DNA of 64,000 nt from Opitutaceae bacterium (GTDB lineage: Bacteria > Verrucomicrobiota > Verrucomicrobiia > Opitutales > Opitutaceae). Below are positions 7,982 to 15,226 of this stretch, in pieces; position 1 is the stretch's first letter; the number at the start of each line of letters is the position of its first letter. A model generated the notes under the pieces. The model ran no database searches. It was not told the DNA's origin and saw only the letters and a program-made list of their open reading frames with translations. A program made the translations under genes and the position numbers. The stretch spans positions 14,732 through 78,731 of the forward strand of contig DAOOFR010000001.1 in the NCBI GenBank assembly GCA_035415285.1. Reading direction: 5' to 3'.

Positions 7982-8353
7982 ATGCCCATCCAGACCCACG
8001 CCAAACTCGTCTTTCGTCGCCCGCCGCACCGGCTCAACTGCGCCCAGGCGGTGCTCGACGCCTATCAGACAGTCACCGGGCACAGCGTCGCCCCGGTCGC
8101 GGACTTCAAGCCTTTCGGCGGGGGCCGCGCCGCCGGGGGCGAGTGCGGCGCGCTCTATGCCGCCTGCCAGGCCGCGCCGTCCTCCGCCGCGGCCATCCGC
8201 GCGGCCTTCGCCGCACGCACCGGCACCACGCTCTGCCGCGAACTCGATGCGTTGCCCTGCGAGGAGTGCGTGGCGCTGGCCGCGCGGTTGCTCGCGCAGC
8301 TCCACTCCGACGTTCGGACCGCCCCCTCCTCTCCTACCCCAACCAAACCATGA
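7982..8353 (+). CDS. C_GCAxxG_C_C family putative redox-active protein
   Basis: NCAQAVLDAY ... GGGRAAGGECGALYAA resembles the C-GCAxxG-C-C signature. The stop overlaps the next start (ATGA at 8350). Confidence 0.6.
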   Translation: MPIQTHAKLVFRRPPHRLNCAQAVLDAYQTVTGHSVAPVADFKPFGGGRAAGGECGALYAACQAAPSSAAAIRAAFAARTGTTLCRELDALPCEECVALAARLLAQLHSDVRTAPSSPTPTKP

Positions 8354-8727
8354 CGAACATCCCCGATACTGTACGCGCCGCGTGGACCGACCACGACGGC
8401 CCCATCGTGCTCACCACCATCGACGGCGCCGGCGTGCCCAACTCCATCTACGCGACTTGTGTGCGTGAATACGACGCCGCGACCATCGTCGTCGCCGACA
8501 ACTACTTCAAGAAGACCCGCGCCAACATCCTGGCCGGCTGCCGCGGCGCCTTGTTGTTCATCACGAAGGAGGGGAAGTCCTACCAGCTCAAGGGCCGCAT
8601 CGAGTACCACACCACCGGTCCGGTTTTCGACGACATGAAGACGTGGAATCCCGCCAAGCATCCCGGAGTCGCGGCGGCGGCGCTCAAGGTCGAGCAGGTC
8701 TACTCCGGCGGGGAGCAACTGGCGTAA
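8350..8727 (+). CDS. Pyridoxamine 5'-phosphate oxidase-like FMN-binding split-barrel protein
   Basis: GPIVLTTIDGAGVPNSIYATCV...VVADNYFKKTRANILAG...ALLFITKEGKSYQLKG fits the PNPOx-like fold pattern. A paralog lies at 16200-16577. Confidence 0.7.
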   Translation: MTNIPDTVRAAWTDHDGPIVLTTIDGAGVPNSIYATCVREYDAATIVVADNYFKKTRANILAGCRGALLFITKEGKSYQLKGRIEYHTTGPVFDDMKTWNPAKHPGVAAAALKVEQVYSGGEQLA

Positions 8728-8780
8728 CCACCGCAGCGCAGCCCATCGTCGCGCCCAAACCAGGCTGTTCCTTGTCGCCC

Positions 8781-9422
8781 ATGCCCTCGCTGGAAGAAAT
8801 GATCCGCGCCAACCGCCGGGCGATGAAGGCCCGGGAAGTCGTGTTTCGACGTCACGGTTACGATTCGCCCGCCAGTCTGGCGTTTGCCGTCGGCCGGATC
8901 TTGCCGCTGCCCGGGCGGGTGCTGGAGATCGGAACCGGGCGGGGGCGCTTCCTCGGGGCGCTCGCCGACTATGTCGACCGGTTGACCACGCTCGACGCCG
9001 ACGCGGCGCAGCAACGAACTGCACGGCTCCATGTCCGGCGGAGCGCGGGTGGCCGGCCGATCCGCTTCGTCGTCGGCGATGCGGCGAGGCTGCCCTGGTC
9101 GGCGGCGAGCTTCGATGGCGTCGTCACCATGAACACCTTCCATCATCTGGCGTGCCCGCTCGCGGTGCTGCGGGAGATGATGCGGGTGCTGAAGCCCGGC
9201 GGCAAACTCGCGCTCTGCGACTTCTCCCCGCGCGGATTCCAGATCTTCGACCGGATCCACCGGGCCGAGGGCCGCGTGCATCCGCGGCTCGAAAAGGGAC
9301 TGGTCGAGTTTCGCCGGCACCTGCGCGAGGCCGGTTGGCGAACTTCGCACTGCAAGGGATGCAACCAGGAGTTGCTGATCGCGGTCGCGCCACTTGCGGC
9401 TGTTCGCCGCCGGACGGCGTAG
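8781..9422 (+). CDS. Class I SAM-dependent methyltransferase
   Basis: Motif I VLEIGTGRGRF, then DAARLPWSAASFDGVV and LKPGGKLAL (Methyltransf_11-like). Start moved to ATG 8781. Confidence 0.85.
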   Translation: MPSLEEMIRANRRAMKAREVVFRRHGYDSPASLAFAVGRILPLPGRVLEIGTGRGRFLGALADYVDRLTTLDADAAQQRTARLHVRRSAGGRPIRFVVGDAARLPWSAASFDGVVTMNTFHHLACPLAVLREMMRVLKPGGKLALCDFSPRGFQIFDRIHRAEGRVHPRLEKGLVEFRRHLREAGWRTSHCKGCNQELLIAVAPLAAVRRRTA

Positions 9423-9446
9423 CGGTGGGACCTCTGTGATCGGATC

Positions 9447-9770
9447 ATGGGGCGGTTTCAGTTCCAGTGTGCCGCAGCCGAGCGCGCGGTCGTGTATGTC
9501 GACCGCTTGCGTGTGCACCGCAGCCGCACCGAACCGGCGCGCACCGCCGGCGAGCGGTTCGGCCACCGCTGGTGCCATCTGTGGATCGAGGATCTCGCGG
9601 CGCTGCATGCGATGGCCGAACGACTCGGGATGCGGCGCGAGTGGTTTCAGGACCGCCCTGGCTTTCCGCATTACGATCTGCCCCCGTTCCGGCGCGAACG
9701 CGCGCTCGAGTTGGGGGCGGTCGAGCATTCGCTGAAGGCTTGGCTGCGTGGCCAGCGGGTCCTTGGGTAG
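9447..9770 (+). CDS. DUF4031 family protein
   Basis: VYVDRLRVHRS...FGHRWCHLWIEDLAALHAMAERLGMRREWFQDRPGFPHYDLPPFRRERALELGA matches my recollection of DUF4031. A decayed copy lies at 16725-16928. Confidence 0.65.
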   Translation: MGRFQFQCAAAERAVVYVDRLRVHRSRTEPARTAGERFGHRWCHLWIEDLAALHAMAERLGMRREWFQDRPGFPHYDLPPFRRERALELGAVEHSLKAWLRGQRVLG

Positions 9771-9857
9771 CCCGACCGCCGGGCGTGCGTAGTTATTCGC
9801 GACAAACAGCCGGAGCCGTTCGCGGACGACGGCGCCGGCGTGCGGCGTCGCTTCAGC

Positions 9858-10032
9858 CTGAAAAGCGCAGTTGGAACCGACAGAAGGAAACGAAGAGAAC
9901 GAAGTGTGAACGAGTTGGATAACAAAATCCGGGGTCTCGGTCTTCATCTGGCAGGTGAAGGGGGATTTCGCGGAGCTGTGAGCACTGGTTTCCCTTGGTC
10001 CGGAGTTCCTTTGTTTCCTTCGTTACCTTCTG
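9858..10032 (+). repeat. Intergenic inverted-repeat element, copy 1 (MITE-like or structured RNA)
   Basis: Alignable over its length with 40567-40730. A near-identical core aatccggggtctcgg.cttca.ctggcaggtgaa is present. Terminal inverted repeat cagaaggaaacgaag (9881-9895) pairs with cttcgttaccttctg (10018-10032). Confidence 0.7.
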
Positions 10033-10193
10033 TCGTCTGCGGAATTTAGGTTCAGGCACGGTTCCTTCCGCACGGCGTTTGACGGCTCGTGCAACCCGGG
10101 CGGGGCGGGTCCGCGTCGGTTCGGAGCAGCGGGCGCCGAGAAAAGATGCAGCGCCTGTAAGTTTCCCCCGCCGCCGGGCTTCTACCCGGTGCC

Positions 10194-10568
10194 ATGAACA
10201 ACTCCTCCAAAATCATCATTCCCGCCCTTGTCCTCGCCCTCTTCGCCGTGCCGGTCTTCGCCCGCGGCAACGGTAATGGCAATGGTGGCGGTCGCGGCAA
10301 CGGCGGCCAACAGCGCAGCCAGACAACCGCCAAGCAATGCGACGGCTCCGGTCCGCGTCACGGTGATCGCGCTTTGTGCGACGGTTCCGGTCCCGGCCAG
10401 GGCACGCCCCGCCGCGATGGCTCCGGCAAAGCGCTGAACGACCGCGGCAACCCCAACTCCACCGGCACCCCGCTGCGCGACGGTTCCGGCCGGTCCTCCG
10501 CCCCGGGCCAGGGGGCGAAAGACGGCTCCGGCAACAATCCGGACTGCCCGCTGGCCTCCGGCTCCTGA
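10194..10568 (+). CDS. Small secreted repeat protein with DGSG(P) motifs
   Basis: Signal peptide IIIPALVLALFAVPVFA, then a GNGNGNGGGRGNGG tract and five DGSG repeats (CDGSGPRHGD, CDGSGPGQG, RRDGSGKA, RDGSGRS, KDGSGNN). Confidence 0.55.
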   Translation: MNNSSKIIIPALVLALFAVPVFARGNGNGNGGGRGNGGQQRSQTTAKQCDGSGPRHGDRALCDGSGPGQGTPRRDGSGKALNDRGNPNSTGTPLRDGSGRSSAPGQGAKDGSGNNPDCPLASGS

Positions 10569-10656
10569 ACCACGCGCCGTTCCGTTCGCACGACTCAGCG
10601 TCCATCTGTTGGGCCGTGTCCCTCCTTTGTTCGGTCATCGGTCCGTTCCCCCTGTC

Positions 10657-11139
10657 ATGAATAAGATCCTCCTTCTCGTCCTCGCCGCCCTCGTCCCGAC
10701 GGCGTTCGCCCTCACGACCGCCGACACCGCCAATCTGGTCTTCCTCAAACAGGAGGAGAAGATGGCCCGCGACGTCTACCAGGTCCTCCACGCGAAATGG
10801 GGCCACCCCGCCTTCGCCAACATCAGCTTGTCCGAACAGCGTCACATGGATTCCGTTACTGCGCTGCTCGCACGCTATGGCATCGCGGATCCGACTCCGG
10901 TCCAACCCGGGGTCTTCACGATCCCCGCGCTGCAGGCGCTGTACGACCAGCTCGTCGCCGAAGGCGCCAAGTCCCTCCAGGACGCCCTCGCGGTCGGGGT
11001 GCTGATCGAGGAGACCGACATCGCCGACATCCAGCGCCTGCTCGACGCCACGCGCGAACGTCCGATCCGTCGTGTGCTGACCAACCTCCAGCGCGCATCC
11101 TACAACCACCGCGCCGCGTTCACCCGTTCCCTCGAATAG
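10657..11139 (+). CDS. DUF2202 ferritin-like domain protein (secreted)
   Basis: Signal peptide MNKILLLVLAALVPTAFA. LVFLKQEEKMARDVYQVL ... SEQRHMDSVTALL ... LIEETDIADIQ ... NLQRASYNH has the duplicated E..H-type ferritin-like helices seen in DUF2202. Confidence 0.7.
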   Translation: MNKILLLVLAALVPTAFALTTADTANLVFLKQEEKMARDVYQVLHAKWGHPAFANISLSEQRHMDSVTALLARYGIADPTPVQPGVFTIPALQALYDQLVAEGAKSLQDALAVGVLIEETDIADIQRLLDATRERPIRRVLTNLQRASYNHRAAFTRSLE

Positions 11140-11276
11140 GCCTTCGTGCGTCGGACCGTATCGGATCGGCCGTTTCCCAGCCGCCGGCCGGCCCGAACCG
11201 CGGCCCGACGCACGCCGCTCCGCCCGCCAATCCTCGTTCGCATCGCCGCACTTTTGTTCTTTGATACCACCCGCGA

Positions 11277-11930
11277 ATGTCCCTCGCCGCCGCCCTCGCT
11301 TCCGTTGTTTCGCCCGACCGGCTCCTGCACTGGCTCTGCGCCTTTGCCGCTCCGGCCGGAACCGACCGCGCCGGGGCCCAGGCACCGGAGGACGATGACC
11401 ATGCCTGCCTGCGTCGCGTGGCTGCGGGCGATCCCGATGCGTTGCAGCCGCTTTTCGACCGCTGGAAGCTGCCGCTGCTCAGCTTCTTCTATCGAGCGCT
11501 CGGCTCGCGTCCCGACGCCGAGGATCTCGCCCTCCAGACTTTCGACCGGGTCTATCGCGCCGCGGCCCGCTACCGGCCGGATGCGAAGTTCTCCGCCTGG
11601 CTGTTCACCATCGCGCGCCACGAACTGCGCCATGAACTACGGCGCCGCCGGCGCAAGCCCGTCGAGGCCGTGGCGCCCGAGGATCTTGCGTTGCTGGCGG
11701 TCGACGCGTCCCCCGCGGAGCGCCGCCGTGCCGCCGAGTTGGAGGAACAACTGCTTGCCGCGCTCCAGGAACTCCCCGAGCGCCAGCGCAGCGCGCTGCT
11801 CCTCACGGCCGCCGGGGACCTTTCCCACGCCGAGATCGCCGGCACGCTCGGTGTATCGGAGTCCAACCTCCACGTGATCCTGCACCGCGCCCGCCACGCG
11901 TTGCGTAGTCTGTTCCCTCTCCGTCCATGA
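11277..11930 (+). CDS. ECF-type RNA polymerase sigma factor (sigma-70 family)
   Basis: Region 2 DAEDLALQTFDRVY...FSAWLFTIARHEL and region 4 LPERQRSALLLTAAGDLSHAEIAGTLGVSESNLHVILHRAR. Confidence 0.9.
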   Translation: MSLAAALASVVSPDRLLHWLCAFAAPAGTDRAGAQAPEDDDHACLRRVAAGDPDALQPLFDRWKLPLLSFFYRALGSRPDAEDLALQTFDRVYRAAARYRPDAKFSAWLFTIARHELRHELRRRRRKPVEAVAPEDLALLAVDASPAERRRAAELEEQLLAALQELPERQRSALLLTAAGDLSHAEIAGTLGVSESNLHVILHRARHALRSLFPLRP

Positions 11931-12304
11931 AATCGCCCGACAATTCAGCTACGCCCCACGACCCGGAAGTGCTCCTGCGCTCCGGTCTGCGCGACACCAC
12001 GCCGGAGTTCGAACACCGGTGGACCACCCTGAAGCGACGGTTGCGCACCAAGCCGGTTCCACGGCGGAGCTACGCCCCCGGCTGGTGGTGGGGCTTGGTC
12101 TCCGCAGGGATCACCTTCGCCGTGATCCTGTTCGTGCTGCGCCCGCAGTACCCGGCGCCTCGTCCGATGCCTATCGCCGAGCTCGCCGCCTACGAGGAGT
12201 TGTTCCGGCTCGAGGACGAACTCCACCCCGCCCTTCCGCTCTCCGAGAACACCATGCTCGACGATCTGCTCGCCATGCCCACGCCGTCCCTTGATCCGTC
12301 ATGA
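11927..12304 (+). CDS. Single-pass membrane protein, candidate anti-sigma factor
   Basis: ATGA overlap with the sigma gene stop. One TM segment WWWGLVSAGITFAVILFVL. No zinc-binding anti-sigma motif, so the assignment rests on position only. Confidence 0.5.
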   Translation: MKSPDNSATPHDPEVLLRSGLRDTTPEFEHRWTTLKRRLRTKPVPRRSYAPGWWWGLVSAGITFAVILFVLRPQYPAPRPMPIAELAAYEELFRLEDELHPALPLSENTMLDDLLAMPTPSLDPS

Positions 12305-12774
12305 AACCACTTCGCCTGCTCTTTTCTTTCTGCCTTTTGTTGGCCGTCGCGGTTCTCGCCGCGCCGCCATTGACCGCTGCCCCGGCCGCCGTTGGTAACC
12401 AGAACAGGGTCGCCAGCTCCGGCGACGACTTTCCGGCGCTGGAGCGTTTCCTCACCCTCAGCGACGAGCAACTCGACCGCATCCAACAAGCGGTGGCAAA
12501 AGTGCGCGCGATGAGCCCGGCCGAACGCGCCGCGCTCCACGCGCAGTTGCACGCCTTCCGCCAGTTGCCCGAGTCCAAGCGCGCACAGGTTCGCGCCGGC
12601 TGGGGGTGGCAGACCGAACAGGACCGCGTCGATTGGCCGCCGATGATGCGTTCGCTGCCGGAGGCGGAACGAGTCCGGATTCAGCGGGAGCTCCAGTCGC
12701 TGCCGCCGGAGACCCGCGCGGCGCACAAGCACGCGCTGCTCGAAAAGTGGCGGCAGCTGGGTACGGGGGAATAA
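12301..12774 (+). CDS. Secreted DUF3106-like helical repeat protein
   Basis: ATGA overlap with the previous gene. Signal peptide LLFSFCLLLAVAVLAAPPLTA. Repeated LS/P..ER motifs (MSPAERAAL, LPESKRAQV, LPEAERVRI, LPPETRAAH). Confidence 0.55.
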   Translation: MKPLRLLFSFCLLLAVAVLAAPPLTAAPAAVGNQNRVASSGDDFPALERFLTLSDEQLDRIQQAVAKVRAMSPAERAALHAQLHAFRQLPESKRAQVRAGWGWQTEQDRVDWPPMMRSLPEAERVRIQRELQSLPPETRAAHKHALLEKWRQLGTGE

Positions 12775-13014
12775 CGTCGCACAAGCGGCACCTGGCGGCC
12801 GCTCCGTTCGGGGGCCAAGCGCGCCCACCTGCGGGGCGGGCGGCAATCGCACCAAGCGAATCAGGTCACCAGACCGCTGCACCAACGCCGACGGCCCGTG
12901 AGCGCCGCAGCGGGACTTCCTCCGCACCGCGAAGGGGGGGGGACACAAACCGCGCCCCGCGCTTGGACGAAGCGCGCTGGGCGCCGTGGGCGGAGGACGG
13001 GGTCTCCAGTTCGC

Positions 13015-13057
13015 GAAAAGCAAGGCTTGTGTGTGGCTCTGTTATGGGCATATGCTC
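13015..13057 (+). promoter_or_regulatory. Conserved promoter/operator block; core GTTATGGGCATATGCTC at 13041-13057
   Basis: About 43 nt alignable with 5351-5392 (GAAAAGCAAGGCTTGTGTGTGGCTCTGTTATGGGCATATGCTC). Located upstream of the NifX-like operon that starts at 13356. Confidence 0.6.
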
Positions 13058-13355
13058 ACAACAAGATGGATCCTACTCCACAACTGTCGCGGTGCCAGCC
13101 GACCGGGACCGGGGATCGAGCGTATTGCTCGGCGCCGGCCGCGGAAGCGGGGTTCGTCCGCGTTGGGCCCACCCGGGCGGGTCCCCGGACGAGCCGGCGC
13201 GCCCGCCCCCGTGAACCGTTCCTTTCGCACCACCATCCCGAACCCGAGGGGCGGCAGGACAGGCCCCGCGGGCGCCTGGGCCCCGGGCCGGCTTGCCTTT
13301 TGCTAAACCGTCAACCGCGGTCGAACGGCCGCCTCTCCCATACTTGTATCCACCC

Positions 13356-13721
13356 ATGAAGATCGCCATTCCACTCACCGCCGGTCGCCTGAGTTCCCAT
13401 TTCGGACATTGCGAGCAGTTCGCCCTCGTCGAGGTCGACCGGATCGCCGGGAAAATCTCCGGTCAGTCCCTTGTCGTTCCGCCTCCGCACGAGCCCGGGT
13501 TGTTGCCGCGCTGGCTCAAGGAGCGAGGCGTGCAGGTCGTCATCGCGGGTGGCATGGGGCGCCGGGCCCTCGATTTGTTCGCGGAGAACGGGATCGCCGT
13601 GCATGCCGCCGGCGCGGACTCGGCCCTCGAGGGGCTCGTGCCGGCTCTTCTCCAGGGAGCCCTCGGCGACGAGAAGCCAACCTGCGGGCACGACCACGAG
13701 CACACGCACTGCACCTCATGA
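13356..13721 (+). CDS. NifX/NifB-C-terminal domain protein with a His/Cys tail
   Basis: MKIAIPLTAGRLSSHFGHCEQFALVEVD...VVIAGGMGRRALDLFAENGI. The tail is CGHDHEHTHC. Paralog of 5499-5933. Confidence 0.8.
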   Translation: MKIAIPLTAGRLSSHFGHCEQFALVEVDRIAGKISGQSLVVPPPHEPGLLPRWLKERGVQVVIAGGMGRRALDLFAENGIAVHAAGADSALEGLVPALLQGALGDEKPTCGHDHEHTHCTS

Positions 13722-14077
13722 AGATCGCCCTAACCATGGAGGGGCCGGAAGCCGACGCGGCGCTCGACCTGCGCTTCGGCCGCGCCCGTTGTTTCAGAAT
13801 CATGGATTCGTCCACCGGGAAACAGACCTGTGTCGGGAATTCCGCCGGGGTGGACGCCGCGCAGGGCGCCGGCACGCAGGCCGTGCAAACGTTGGCGCGC
13901 CTCGGCGTTCAGGTCGTCATCACCGGGCATGTCGGTCCCAAAGCGTGGACCGCGCTCCAGGCCGCCGGCATCCGCGCCTATTCGGCGGCACAGGGCACCC
14001 CCGCCGAGCTCGTGGAGGACTTCACGGCCGGGCGACTTGTCGAGATCGGAGGGGCCGACCGGCCGGGCCACGGTTGA
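13718..14077 (+). CDS. NifX/NifB-C-terminal domain protein
   Basis: MKIALTMEGPEADAALDLRFGRARCFRIMD...VVITGHVGPKAWTALQAAGI. The start overlaps the previous stop (ATGA). Confidence 0.8.
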   Translation: MKIALTMEGPEADAALDLRFGRARCFRIMDSSTGKQTCVGNSAGVDAAQGAGTQAVQTLARLGVQVVITGHVGPKAWTALQAAGIRAYSAAQGTPAELVEDFTAGRLVEIGGADRPGHG

Positions 14078-14183
14078 GCACCGCCACCTCGCCTTGCGGC
14101 GTCAGGCCACCGGTGCGGCGGTGCCCCTGTGGTTGCCCCGACTCCGCGGCCGGCTTCAGCGCCGAAACCCGAAATCTGATACC

Positions 14184-14351
14184 ATGACACTCCAGAGAGA
14201 GCGAACCGGTCTGCTCGAACAAGGCCCGGTGGGCCGGGGCCGGTGGACCGGCGGCATGAGGCCGGGAGTGGACCGCGGTCGGGGCCGTGCCCTGGCGCGG
14301 CGCGGCGCCTGGCCCGCCCACCCGACGAAACCACAGCGGACCTGCCCATGA
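14184..14351 (+). CDS. Tiny Gly/Arg-rich protein, possibly DUF5320-like
   Basis: 55 codons, MTLQRERTGLLEQGPVGRGRWTGGMRPGVDRGRGRALARRG... Its stop overlaps the ATG of the next gene (ATGA at 14348), which suggests translational coupling. The DUF5320 similarity is from memory and is weak. Confidence 0.35.
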   Translation: MTLQRERTGLLEQGPVGRGRWTGGMRPGVDRGRGRALARRGAWPAHPTKPQRTCP

Positions 14352-15226
14352 AGATTGTGATCGCCAGCGGCAAGGGCGGCACGGGCAAGACCACCGTCGC
14401 GACCAATCTGGCCGCGACCATCGCCGGTCGCGGTTGGACCGTGACCTATGTGGATTGCGACGCCGAAGCGCCCAACGGGCATCTTTTCCTGCACCCAAGG
14501 ATCGAGGACACCGAGGCGGTCGATCGTCGCGTCCCCCTGGTCGATCCCAACCTCTGCCTGCATTGCGGCGCATGCGCCGAACTGTGCCGTTTCAACGCCA
14601 TCCTCTGTCTGCCCACCCACACGGTGATCTACGCCGAGTTGTGCCACAGTTGCGGCGGTTGCGCTCTGGTCTGCCCGGCGAACGCGATTCGCGAGGAGGC
14701 CCGCCCGATGGGACGGGTGAGCCGCGGCGCAGCGGGGCCGGTGCGGTTCGTATCCGGCACGCTCGACGTGGGCGAGGCCAACAGCCCCCCGGTGGTGCGC
14801 GCGGCGAAGTGCGCCGCTCCGGCTACGCAATGGACCATCCTCGACGCCCCGCCCGGCACCAGTTGCCCGATGATCGAGACCGTGCGCGATTGCGACTATG
14901 TCGTGCTGGTGACGGAGCCAACGCCGTTCGGGCTGCACGATCTGCGCCTGGCGATCGCCGTGGCCCGTTCGCTCGGCCGCCCCTGCGGTGTCGTAGTGAA
15001 CCGGGCACGGCCCGAGGCGGGCGAAGCGCGGACGCTTTGCGCCGAGGAAGGCGTGCCGCTTCTGGCGGAGATCCCCGAGGACATCGCCATCGCCCGGGCC
15101 TACGCGCGCGGGCGGCTTGCGGTGGAGTGCGTGGACGGCCTGCGGGCGCTCTTCGAGAACTTGTACCGGAGCTTGGAGACAGCCGGCGGCGTGCCGGCGG
15201 CCGGCGAACCGGAAGGACGGCCATGA
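14348..15226 (+). CDS. MinD/ParA-superfamily P-loop ATPase with a 2x[4Fe-4S] ferredoxin insert (COG1149-type)
   Basis: Deviant Walker A SGKGGTGKTT. Ferredoxin motifs CLHCGACAELC and CHSCGGCALVCP. Start at ATG 14348. Confidence 0.9.
   Translation: MKIVIASGKGGTGKTTVATNLAATIAGRGWTVTYVDCDAEAPNGHLFLHPRIEDTEAVDRRVPLVDPNLCLHCGACAELCRFNAILCLPTHTVIYAELCHSCGGCALVCPANAIREEARPMGRVSRGAAGPVRFVSGTLDVGEANSPPVVRAAKCAAPATQWTILDAPPGTSCPMIETVRDCDYVVLVTEPTPFGLHDLRLAIAVARSLGRPCGVVVNRARPEAGEARTLCAEEGVPLLAEIPEDIAIARAYARGRLAVECVDGLRALFENLYRSLETAGGVPAAGEPEGRP

Noticed and set aside
13356-14077. NifX/NifB-like genes as evidence of nitrogen fixation
   Set aside because: No nifH, nifDK, nifEN or nifB radical-SAM core is present in the window. 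The domain is widespread outside diazotrophs, so only the fold family is claimed.
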